From a virus (lineage: Duplodnaviria > Caudoviricetes): DNA of 64,000 nucleotides. A program made the translations under genes and the position numbers. Shown here in pieces: positions 34,055 through 44,343 of this stretch. The stretch lies in the IMG/VR virus record IMGVR_UViG_3300046170_000302; one strand, given 5' to 3'. Every line of letters begins with the position of its first letter. The stretch's first letter is position 1. The notes below the pieces were generated by a model. That model was not told where the DNA came from. It was given only the letters and a program-made list of their open reading frames with translations, and ran no database searches.

Positions 34055-34275
34055 TGAGTAAGATTCCGGTCAAAGATCATAGAAATCTGTATCGCGATGG
34101 TTCTTCAACGGCCATCGTGAATACAGATAGTGTAGGATATCAAGCCTATGTTGCAAACAGAGAGAAACTTCTCACTGATAAACAGAGAATTGATAACTTA
34201 GAAACTAAAGTAGAAGAGATCAAAGGTGATCTCACAGATATTAAGAATCTACTGGTTCAACTAGTAGATAAATAG
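34054..34275 (+). CDS. Conserved cyanophage small protein upstream of gp13
   Basis: V..H.NLYRD..S.AIVNTD...Y..Y motif with a coiled-coil C-terminus; TAATG coupling. Confidence 0.75.
   Translation: MSKIPVKDHRNLYRDGSSTAIVNTDSVGYQAYVANREKLLTDKQRIDNLETKVEEIKGDLTDIKNLLVQLVDK
34267..34274 (+). promoter_or_regulatory. Late promoter
   Basis: GATAAATA 20 nt before the gp13 ATG. Confidence 0.6.
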
Positions 34276-34294
34276 AAAAAAAGTTGTTTAAATA

Positions 34295-35143
34295 ATGGCT
34301 CAACCTACTAATAGACAAGAATTAGTTGACTATTGTCTTAGACAACTTGGTGCTCCTGTATTGGAAGTCAACGTTGCCGAAGAACAAATTGACGATCTAG
34401 TTGATGATGCTATTCAATACTTTCAAGAAAGACACTTTGATGGTGTAGAGAAAGTATATCTGAAGTATCAGATCACACAAGACGATATTGATAGAGGAAA
34501 AGCAAGACCAGGTGATTCATCAGTAGGAATTGCTTCTACTAGTGCAACTACTAGTATTGTTGGAACTGCTACAACATTTACATACTATGAGAATAGTAAC
34601 TACCTACAAGTTCCTTCTAATATTATTGGAGTCAATAAAGTATTCCAATTTAATTCCACCGCAGCTGGATCTGGAATCTTCAATGTTAAATATCAGTATA
34701 TGTTGAGTGGTGTCAACCTATGGGGTGGTGCTGGATTCGACCTATTATCATATTCGATGACTATGAGTTATTTGGAGACAATGAACTTTCTCCTCAATAC
34801 TCATAAACAGATTAGATTTAATCAAAGATCTGACAGGATGTATCTAGATGTTGACTGGAGCAACTTGCAAGTGGACGAGTTTTTGATTATTGAGTGTTAC
34901 AGAGGACTTGATGGAGAAGATTACTCAAGACTCTGGAATGATTCTTTCTTAAAACCATATCTAACTTCACTCATTAAGAGACAGTGGGGTATGAACCTAA
35001 TCAAGTTCCAAGGTGTGAAGCTACCCGGTGGTATTGAGTTCAATGGTAGACAAATTTATGATGATGCTGAAAAGGAATTACAAATAATTCGTGAGAGAAT
35101 GACATTTAATTATGAACTTCCTCCTATGGATATGATTGGTTGA
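34295..35143 (+). CDS. gp13: Neck protein gp13
   Basis: RQELVDYCLRQLGAPVLEVNVAEEQIDDLVDDAIQYFQERHFDG; KRQWGMNLIKFQGVKLPGGI. Confidence 0.93.
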   Translation: MAQPTNRQELVDYCLRQLGAPVLEVNVAEEQIDDLVDDAIQYFQERHFDGVEKVYLKYQITQDDIDRGKARPGDSSVGIASTSATTSIVGTATTFTYYENSNYLQVPSNIIGVNKVFQFNSTAAGSGIFNVKYQYMLSGVNLWGGAGFDLLSYSMTMSYLETMNFLLNTHKQIRFNQRSDRMYLDVDWSNLQVDEFLIIECYRGLDGEDYSRLWNDSFLKPYLTSLIKRQWGMNLIKFQGVKLPGGIEFNGRQIYDDAEKELQIIRERMTFNYELPPMDMIG

Positions 35144-35144
35144 T

Positions 35145-36572
35145 ATGGCACTTAATCCTTTCTTTTTAAACGGTACAAAGTCGGAACAAGGACTTGTACA
35201 AAGTCTTATCAACGAGCAGTTGAGGATGTATGGTATCGAGTGCTATTACTTGCCTCGTAAATATATAACAACTAATACAATAATTAAGGAAGTTATCGAA
35301 TCTAAATTCGATTCTGCCTATCCTTTAGAAGCATATCTGGATTCTTATGAAGGATTTGGTGGTCAGGGAACACTTTTATCTAGATTTGGTATTGAAGATA
35401 AGGATGATTGCACTTTAATTATCTCTAGAGAGAGGTATGAGAACTATATTTCCCCTTTAATTGAAAATTTACCCAATATTGGGTTATCTTCACGTCCAAA
35501 AGAAGGAGATTTGATCTATTTTCCTCTTGGAGACCGTATTTTTGAGATAAAATTCGTAGAACATGAGCAACCTTTCTATCAATTAAAGAAAAACTACGTC
35601 TATACACTTACTTGCGAACTATTCCGTTACGAAGATGAGGTTGTAGACACTGGAGTTAGTAAAATTGATGATAATTTGGTCGATTTTGGTTATATTCAGA
35701 CTCTAAACATGATTGGAGCAGCTGTTACAGCGACTGCAACTGCTGGAATTTGTACTTTGGGTGCTGTAAATCTCATTAGTATGTCAAATATGGGTAAAAA
35801 ATACTCATATAGACCAGAAATTGGAATATCTTCCTCACCAGGAACGACTACAGTTGGTATTGCATCTATCACAAATGAGTATATTCAGTGCGATGGTATG
35901 TATGGTGGTATGATTGAGGCTATTGATCTAGTAAATGCTGGTTGTGGATACACTGTCAAACCTATGGTGAGTATCACTCCATCTGGAAATGATAATGGCA
36001 ATAGCGCTACAGCAACTAGTGGTATATCGACCAATGGTTCTATTCAGTTTGTAACCATTACAGGTGGTGGTTCAGGTTATACTACAAGTCCAAACTTTAC
36101 TTTTGTTGTTGGTGGTGGAAATACTACTGGTGTTAGTACTGGATTTGGTTATGGTGTCATCAATAACGCTGGTGTTGTCACCGCAGGTTATATTAGATAT
36201 GGTGGTGAAAACTACAATCTTACAGGAGTTACAACTATCACTAGTGTAACTATTGACAATCCTGTTGGACTTGGAGCTACTGTTGGCGTTGGGACTTATA
36301 TCTTCAATGAAGTTGTTACTGGAGGAACATCAGGAACCACAGCTAGGGTTAACTCTTGGGACGGAACAAGTCTCGAACTTACTATCAAAGTTGTTGACGG
36401 AACATTCTCAGGAAATGAACTTGTTATCGGACAAGAGTCCGGTGCTTGTTATGCACTCAGATCACAGATTGTTGATGACTTAGTTACACCATTCGCAGAC
36501 AATGATAATATTCAAACAGAATCAAATAAGATACTTGATTTCACTGATAGTAATCCTTTTGGGGATCCTTAA
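35145..36572 (+). CDS. gp14: Neck protein gp14 (head closure) with a Gly/Thr-rich insertion
   Basis: MALNPFFL..EQGLVQSLINEQLRMYG..YYLPR..RPKEGDLIYFPL..FEIKFVEHEQPFYQL. Confidence 0.9.
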   Translation: MALNPFFLNGTKSEQGLVQSLINEQLRMYGIECYYLPRKYITTNTIIKEVIESKFDSAYPLEAYLDSYEGFGGQGTLLSRFGIEDKDDCTLIISRERYENYISPLIENLPNIGLSSRPKEGDLIYFPLGDRIFEIKFVEHEQPFYQLKKNYVYTLTCELFRYEDEVVDTGVSKIDDNLVDFGYIQTLNMIGAAVTATATAGICTLGAVNLISMSNMGKKYSYRPEIGISSSPGTTTVGIASITNEYIQCDGMYGGMIEAIDLVNAGCGYTVKPMVSITPSGNDNGNSATATSGISTNGSIQFVTITGGGSGYTTSPNFTFVVGGGNTTGVSTGFGYGVINNAGVVTAGYIRYGGENYNLTGVTTITSVTIDNPVGLGATVGVGTYIFNEVVTGGTSGTTARVNSWDGTSLELTIKVVDGTFSGNELVIGQESGACYALRSQIVDDLVTPFADNDNIQTESNKILDFTDSNPFGDP

Positions 36573-36614
36573 ATATTATCTTGTTAAATAGTAGTATATC
36601 TAAACTATAGGACG

Positions 36615-37617
36615 ATGTTTGAGTATTTCTATAATGAGATTCTTAGATCCACAATTATTGGGTTTGGATCACTCTTCAACGGTATAGAAGTTCAACACCA
36701 GAACGACTCAGACCAAGCCGTGAGTGTGATTCAGGTTCCTATTGCTTATGGACCTACTCAAAAGTTTCTTGCTCGTATGCAACAAGAAGCTAATCTGAAT
36801 CGTCCTACTCAGATTACTCTTCCTCGAATGTCATTTGAGTTTAAATCACTCACTTATGACCCTTCAAGGAAAACAACAAAGAATCAAACATTTGTAACTA
36901 GGACACCTGACGGTAGTGAGATTAAGAGAGTGTATTCTCCTGTCCCTTATAATATGGGATTTGAACTCTCCGTCTATACGAAACTGAACGATGATATGTT
37001 ACAAATCGTCGAACAGATTCTTCCATACTTTCAACCACAATACAATCTCTCAATCAAGTTTCTTGGTAATTTGAATGAGATTAGGGATGTTCCCATTGTC
37101 CTTGATAGTGTGAGTATGGATGATGATTATGAGGGTAACTTTGAAACCCGAAGAGCTTTAGTATACACACTTCAATTCACAGCTAAGACCTATCTGTTTG
37201 GTCCTATTGCTGACGTTTCAGGAGACATTATCAGAAAGGTTACCGTTGGTTATCTTGCTGGTTCCAAGGGTGGTGGAGTTGCAACAAGAGACCTTACATA
37301 TCAGGTCACACCAAGAGCTACTAAAGGACTATGACAATAGTTTGATTAGTAACTTGGATGAGGATGTTGATATCTCACAAACAACTATCAAGATCACAAA
37401 TCCTGGTGGTGTCACTGAAAGTACTTATGTTTATGTTGGTACTGAAGAGATGTTCGTTGAAAAGGTTGTTGGTGACAGCATGAGAGTTAAGAGAGGTCAG
37501 GATAATACCAAGGCTTCTATTCATGTTCTTGGTACAGATGTTTACAGTATCACCAAGGAAGATAACAAGTTGATTGAATTCGGAGATGACTTCGGATTTA
37601 GTGGTAGTGTTTTTTGA
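36615..37617 (+). CDS. gp15: Tail sheath stabiliser/terminator gp15; indel near 37325
   Basis: YFYNEILRSTIIGFGSLFN..VPIAYGPTQKFLARM..TLPRMSFE..PVPYNMGFEL..EQILPYFQP. Confidence 0.92.
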
Positions 37618-37625
37618 GGTAACCC

Positions 37626-38033
37626 ATGACTAAGTATGAGAAACTTGATGAAGCTTTTGACGTTGAGCCAACAGAAGTAGAAGTAACGGAAAGGAAGATT
37701 GAAAAAATCAAATCCGGTTCAGAGGATATCAAGAGAGATTACGAATACACCAGGGGTAATCTCTATTCAATCATTGAGAAAGGGCAGGAAGCTATCGATG
37801 GTATCCTTGAACTGGCTCAAGAGAGTGAGATGCCTCGTGCGTATGAAGTCGCAGGTCAGTTGATTAAGAATGTGGCAGATGCCACAGATAAACTCCTAAC
37901 ACTCCAACAGAAGTTAAAAGATGTTCAGGAAGAGAAAGATACTAAAGGTCCGACAACTGTGAATAACGCATTGTTTGTTGGCTCTACAGCAGAGTTGCAG
38001 AAACTCTTGAAGAACAACACACCAGATAAATAA
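37626..38033 (+). CDS. gp16: Terminase small subunit gp16
   Basis: DYEYTRGNLYSIIEKGQEAIDGILELAQESEMPRAYEVAGQLIK..NNALFVGSTAELQKLL. Confidence 0.93.
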   Translation: MTKYEKLDEAFDVEPTEVEVTERKIEKIKSGSEDIKRDYEYTRGNLYSIIEKGQEAIDGILELAQESEMPRAYEVAGQLIKNVADATDKLLTLQQKLKDVQEEKDTKGPTTVNNALFVGSTAELQKLLKNNTPDK

Positions 38034-38049
38034 CTAAAAAGATAATAAA

Positions 38050-38383
38050 ATGGCTACCCCGTCAGTCAATATTGTTATACCACAAGCTTCTGATTTTAGT
38101 TTTACATATATCTCTAAAAATTCTGATGGAAGTCTGAAGAATTTGAATGGTTTTCACTGGAGAGTCAAAGTTGAAGAAACATTCAACTTCTTCAACATCC
38201 CATTCCTTTACTGTTGGTATTAATACCATCACATCTGTGGTATCTCTTGCCATGACTTCTGGTGTATCTGTAGATATCAAATCAGGAAGATATCTTTATG
38301 ATGTAAGAATCACATCATCTGGTGGTTCTGTAGAAAGAATTCTTGAAGGAACGGCAGAAGTCACAGCAGGAATCACTACTTAA
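38050..38383 (+). CDS. Small beta-sandwich virion-associated protein; indel near 38152
   Basis: NIVIPQASDFSFT...(G)RYLYDVRITSSGGSVERILEGTAEVTAGIT, a common cyanophage structural domain; late promoter GATAAATA at 38025. Confidence 0.65.
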
Positions 38384-38403
38384 TTTCATCAAGAAGTAGA
38401 GGA

Positions 38404-38411
38404 GATAAATA
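38404..38411 (+). promoter_or_regulatory. Late promoter
   Basis: GATAAATA upstream of the ATG at 38453. Confidence 0.6.
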
Positions 38412-38452
38412 GTATTTCAGGGAGAGAAATCCCAAAGTATTGCACTAATAGA

Positions 38453-41304
38453 ATGTCTAACGAAGACCTGCCGTCAATAAATGATATAGTAGAAGAGAGC
38501 AACCTTGCCCTCTTACAAAGATTTTATCGAAGTTAAACAGGAAGAGGAACTTCCTTCTGTTGAAGAATATATTGAAGAGAAAGTTGTAGAAGAGTCACTG
38601 ATAGAAGAAGAAGATATTGAAACTGTTTTATCAGAAACTGCTCCAGAGTGGTCAGGAATTAGTACGCCTTGTAAATGATGTAAGAAAGGATATACCGGAA
38701 ATACCGGAGATTAAGTATTATGATGAACAACTAAAAGAATTAAGTGATAAACTATCACAAATTCAAGATTTAAATGAAGACAAATTAACTGAAATTGAAT
38801 CAAAAATACCTGAGCTCCCGGAGGTCAAGTATTATGATGCAGATATTCAATTCATTTATGACAAAATTGGTCGTATAAAGGAAGAAATCAATTCTCTTCC
38901 AGAAGTAAAATATTACGAGAGTGATCTCAGTTCATTAAAATCAAGAATTGAAGAAGTAAATCAAAGTATTCCTACATTTCCTGATTGGATTCAGGAAGTT
39001 CAGGAGGTTCCTGATTTCTCTTGGATTGGTAAAACTTTTAGTATCATCGATGATGACTTTAATAAGGTTCAAGGACATCTTGATCTTATCAGAGAAAAGA
39101 TTGACTATCAGGTTAGTGAACTCAATGAGACTATTGGTAAGAAAGAATTTGAATTAAACATTGACATTAAGAATGTTGATAATAGTATCAATGATACAAA
39201 TATCTATCTTAATGAGACTAAAGATAAAATTTACAAAGAACTTAGAGATTCTTCTGTAAGAATTTGGGAGCATCACAAAGAGTTTAAGGATGATGATAGA
39301 AAATTAAAAAAATCTATCATAAGTGAGCAGAATAAACTAAAACAATCTCTCCAAGAACAAATAAAGGAGATTGATAGTCAGAGTGTAAAGGCTGACGAAG
39401 CTCTTTTAAAGTTTTTCAATGATCTTAATGAAGAAGTAAAATCACTTCCTGAAGTTAAGTATTATGATACTGAAGTATCTAATATTGTAGAAGATATTGA
39501 TTCTTTAAGAGTCAATATTGAAGATATTAGAAATATTGTTTCTTTAATCAAAAAAGATCAAAAAGAACTAAAAGAACTAAAAGAAAATTATTTACTAAAC
39601 GAACCACCAGACGAAAAAGAAAGTGTTGGTTCTGGTGTTGATCCACTCACTCCGATGGATCAAAAGTTTGCTACTTTGGATGATCTGTCTAATCACTATA
39701 GAATCTTCATCAGTCGCATTCAAACTCAACTTTCCACTATGGGTGGTGGTGGAGCAGGATTCATTAAGGATCTTGATGATGTAACATTTGATCAAACAAC
39801 AGGAAATAATAAACTTTTAATTTACAACTCAGAAATATCTAAGTGGGTTGGAATTGGTAGTGATGAATTCAATGCTGTTGGTGCTGCTGGAACTTGGGGT
39901 GTCGATTCTGTAGGAATTCATACTACAAAGGTTGTTGGTATCAATACAACATCCGCAAAGTCTGATGTTGCTCTTTTTGTTTTTGGTGACATTGAGGCTA
40001 CTGGAAATGTAACCGTTGGTGGAACTATCACATATGAAGATGTCAAAAATGTAGATTCCATCGGTATTGTTACTGCAAGAAGTGGAGTCAATGTTGGTAC
40101 AAGTGAAGAAATAGTATTATCACCAAATGGTAGTGCAGTATTCTCGGGATTTGTAACTGCTGGACAGTTCATAAGACCTGGTGGTACATCTTCTCAGTTC
40201 CTTAAAGCAGATGGTTCTGTAGATAGTAATACATACCTTACTTCTGAAGCACAAAGTCTTAATGGTGTTTTGGCACTTGGCAATACATCATCTCTTGGGA
40301 TGAGTGTTGGTGTTGTTACTGCTGCAGCATTCTTTGGAGATGGTTCTGGATTAAGTAATATTATTAGTGGTGTCGGTATTCAATCTGGCGGCGTTCGTAT
40401 TGGAACTGGATTTACTGATTTTAATTTTACCGGTGCTGGAATTTCCAGTATCGTTGGTGTAGGTGATACCATTACCATTGATATTCCCACTACCACAATT
40501 AGAAGACAGTTTGAAACTACATCGGGAGTAACAACTAATTTTACCATCACTGATGGATATACATCTGGATTTATTGATGTATTTTTGAATGGTGTAAAAC
40601 AAAGAAGTGGAACTGATTTTACTGCAACTTCAGGAACCGCAGTCACCATGACACCAGCTGTTGTTGGTGGAGACGTATTAGAATTCCAAGTATATGAGAC
40701 TACATCATTTGGGAGTTCTGGAGGTAGTGTAAATACAAGTGATGTAAGAGATGCGATTCAAGGTTATTATGGATATACCACTGACTACTATACCGTAGGA
40801 GTAGCAAATACCACTCAAGAAATTGGTGCGGGTGTTACTACAATGATTCAACCTAAGGTTGCTACGGTATATCAACATATGCCCACGGTCATGAGTAGTG
40901 TCAGTACTAACCCTTATGTTGGTACTGGTGCGACTATAGGCACTGGACAGACACAATTCTCATTAGCAGGATTAAGTTCAGGTGCTTCTTGTATTGTGAG
41001 AACTGCACTTGCATTCAACCCTGATGATGATAACTCTAACCTTGATGTTCAGTTGAAGTTCACTACTAATACTGCAACACAGGGAACTGGGTTAACTAAC
41101 TTTACAATCAAAAAAGAACAGGCACTCATCATGAACGAGGGTGCAGACCAACAATATATAAGTGAGAATCTATTTAACTTCTTTGTTGGAACAACATTAG
41201 AAGGGTCCACACAATCAAACGCTGGAAGTTTCAGCGTTGAAGTTGTTCCATCATCTGATGGAGAACTTGAAGTCCTCGCAGTAACCGTTAACATAGTAGC
41301 ATAA
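38453..41304 (+). CDS. Coiled-coil plus fibre-like structural protein (~950 aa); indels near 38505 and 38655
   Basis: MSNEDLPSINDIVEE.., four (I/L)PE(I/V)KYY repeats in a long heptad region, then GGGGAG hinge, GTWGVDSVGIHTT, VKNVDSIGIVTARSG and FLKADGSVD fibre-type motifs. Confidence 0.7.
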
Positions 41305-41305
41305 A

Positions 41306-44084
41306 ATGGCAAGAGCAGTAAAAATCTTTGGTGACGCATCACAAGGATCCCTTTTCTTTGAAGGAGTTTCAATTCCTCCTGCACCTTTGGGTGGTATTGT
41401 CGTAGCAATTGAAAATCCTAATCGTCCAGGAAAGATTCGAGTTACTAGAACGGATCAGTTCCAGAAAGATGGTGTTACTCCAAGGGTTCTTTTCAAAAGA
41501 ATGCTTCCTAGTAGAGTTAGAAATAAACAGAACCAGTCCCTTATTTCTGACCTTGGGTTTAGTCTGGCACAGGTTATAAGTTACATCAATGACGAAGCAA
41601 ACAGAAAAGCAAACGAGATTGACTTTCAAAAGAATGGTTCTGTAGTTGGTAGTGGTAACACAATAAACTTTACTGGAGCAGGAGTTTCTGCTGTCACTGT
41701 TAGTGGTGATGTTGCAACTGTAACTATTACTGGTGGAGGGGGATCTGGAAATCCTGTAGCCAGTGGTACTATAGTTGGAGCAGGATCCACAACACTCAGA
41801 CTTACTCTGGATGATGCAACTAATGTTGATGTTGATGTGACTTCTATGAGAAGTACAACAGCAATTGGTTCATCAACTGCTTATTTCTTCCTGAATAATG
41901 GTGCTCAACTTGCTAACAACCAACATGATAAGGATGGTGGTGTAGTTTTCTATGGAACCAAAGTAAGAAGAGGGGAAGAACTTGTTTTTGCTTTACCATC
42001 TGATAACCTTCACATTGGTATATGGGATGGTGGTAATGGAGTAACAGGTGTTACTAATGTAAATAACAAATCCAACTGGTCTACCAAGTGGGCGTATGAC
42101 GTTAGTAACACTAGATGGTCAGATCATAATGTTACTAGAGGACAAACAGGAACAGATCTATCATCTGATGTTGAGACAGATAGTAGCACTTATAGTATCA
42201 AATTTGATTATGATACACAGAAACTACAACTTTGGGAAGTTGATACTGCATATAATTGGAAGTTATCAAATGCAAATGTTGGAGTTGGATCAACTGACAC
42301 TTATATTTTCTTCTCATCTGAAGAGGGTTCGCAGGCATCAACACCAGGAAGTCTCCCATCAGTATCACAAATAAGAGCATCTGAGTGGACACTTCAATCT
42401 TTTGTCAATACTCAAGCTGGTCCTACTATTCATACTGGCGTACAAGATGATGACATCTGGAAATCTACCAGATCAATGAGACCTGGTATGAAGATGAAGA
42501 CAACACTGAGTGGTGATATTAAACTCCATCACTGGAGTGTAGGATATGGTGGTACAACTGGTCTAGGCAATGGACCAAGTAATCCATATGGTGATGCAAC
42601 TGGTTCCTGGAGATCTTCAAATTCTCAGGAGATTAGATCAGAGCAAAACTCTACTATTAACAATAACTATACTGCTGCTGTTGATACAAGCACAAATCTT
42701 ACCTTAGATTTAGAAGGAAGAAATATTTCTTGGAGATATAACTCAGACAATAGTTGGGATCTTTTTGATGAAGATACTGACGAGGTAATCCTCACTGGTG
42801 ATACCAATCTTGATGGTGGTGATATGTATCCATATCTCTTTGGTGCAGCAACCATCAATACCTATACAACAGAAGTTCCACAATGGGAATGGGAATGGAA
42901 TGCTTCTCAGTGGTTTACTGAGTATCGTGATTATAGTGGTGGTGGAACCACCTTCGTGGGTAAGGTTCCAATTGTGAAACCACTGAAGACATATACCAGC
43001 AGTGGATCTCTGTCTGGTGGTTACTACTATCTTAGTAATGCAAGGTATAGATATACTTGGGGTGAGAAGATGAGACCTGGACAAGAGTTCTCTTGGACTC
43101 AACTTTCAGATAACTCTAATGGTGCTACCAAGAACAATATGGTTATTGGTGTTTTGAATAGTGACTCTGATGAGTTCACACATGGTGTCAGATTCCACCA
43201 ATTTGGTTATCCAAAAGAACAGTCAGATCAAGATACTGGATTTACACTCTCTGCTGGTATTGGTACTGATACTGCATGTGCTGGTACAAGTATGAGATTG
43301 AAGTATGAGTATGGAACTAATAAACTTGTATGTGAAAGAGTTACTGCTGGTGTAAGAACTAAAATTGGTGAATCCTCATCTGCACTAGATGGTAATCCAA
43401 TCTTCATTAGTCTTGGTGGAGAATCAACTAGAGTTCCTACCACACAGGGAGTTTCTGTATATGGTTGGGAATGTGTTCATAAAGGAGTTGGACACTACAA
43501 TCCATGGGAAAACTGGAGAATTGGTGGATTCCCTGAGAACCAAAGTAGTCTTGCTGTTGGTATTCATAGCACTGGTGAGTCCTCTTGCCTTCAAGGCAGA
43601 CCAGGTATGGAGACATAAGGATGGTCTAGCACCAGGATATAAGATGCACTGGTTGCTGCCTACCACTCAAATCAATGGTCAGATTGGTCAGTGGTCATCT
43701 TCTAATGCTTCTTCTGGTCTCACTAATGTAGAGAATCTTGATACCTATTGGGATTGGAGTTGGCAGTCAAACACTAGTGAAGAGATTGATGCACTGAAAG
43801 GATTTACTTTTAATACCGGCAACTCCAACTACTCTTCTACTAAGTGGACAGACCCAAGTCCTGGTAACACTAAGTTCTCTATTAGATACCATTCTAATAA
43901 TAGTATTGATATCTTTGATGAATCAAATAGTGCTATCATTGCAACTAAGGATGCTGCTGGCGACGGTAACCCCATCTATATCAGTTGGGTAGCAGGTGGT
44001 AATACCAATAGTCAAGCACAAATGCAAGATGACTTCTTCGGTGGTGGTGATGTGGGTATTGCACTCACTACAACATCCGTCTAA
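41306..44084 (+). CDS. Large Trp/Gly/Ser-rich protein with four tandem beta-rich modules (~925 aa); indel near 43585
   Basis: ORF 41306-43618 continues into 43389-44084 (..AFKADQVWRHKDGLAPG..); internal repeats ..MRPG../..LAPG.. and ..DG(N/G).(I/M)(Y/F). Confidence 0.75.
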
Positions 44085-44104
44085 TAAATATTTAAAAACC
44101 TCTC

Positions 44105-44308
44105 ATGAGTAGAACTAGGCAAACCGCCGATATTGTTTCAAAAATAAACATTCCGCAACTAACAGAAGCTCAACGTGATGCAGGTTCTTTTGTTGCCGGT
44201 GCAATCATATACAATACGACATCAACAAAGTTAGAGTTTTATAATGGTTCTTCTTGGCAGTCACTACCTGGAATGTCTCTTGGTCTTACTGTAGCACTTG
44301 ATGGATAA
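44105..44308 (+). CDS. Small fibre-associated protein
   Basis: GAIIYNTTSTKLEFYNGSSW motif typical of phage fibre junction domains; AATAAATA late promoter at 44083-44090. Confidence 0.7.
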   Translation: MSRTRQTADIVSKINIPQLTEAQRDAGSFVAGAIIYNTTSTKLEFYNGSSWQSLPGMSLGLTVALDG

Positions 44309-44311
44309 GAT

Positions 44312-44319
44312 TATAAATA
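44312..44319 (+). promoter_or_regulatory. T4-type late promoter
   Basis: TATAAATA 24 nt before the ATG at 44344. Confidence 0.8.
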
Positions 44320-44343
44320 ACTCTTAGGAAACTCAAGAGTGAA

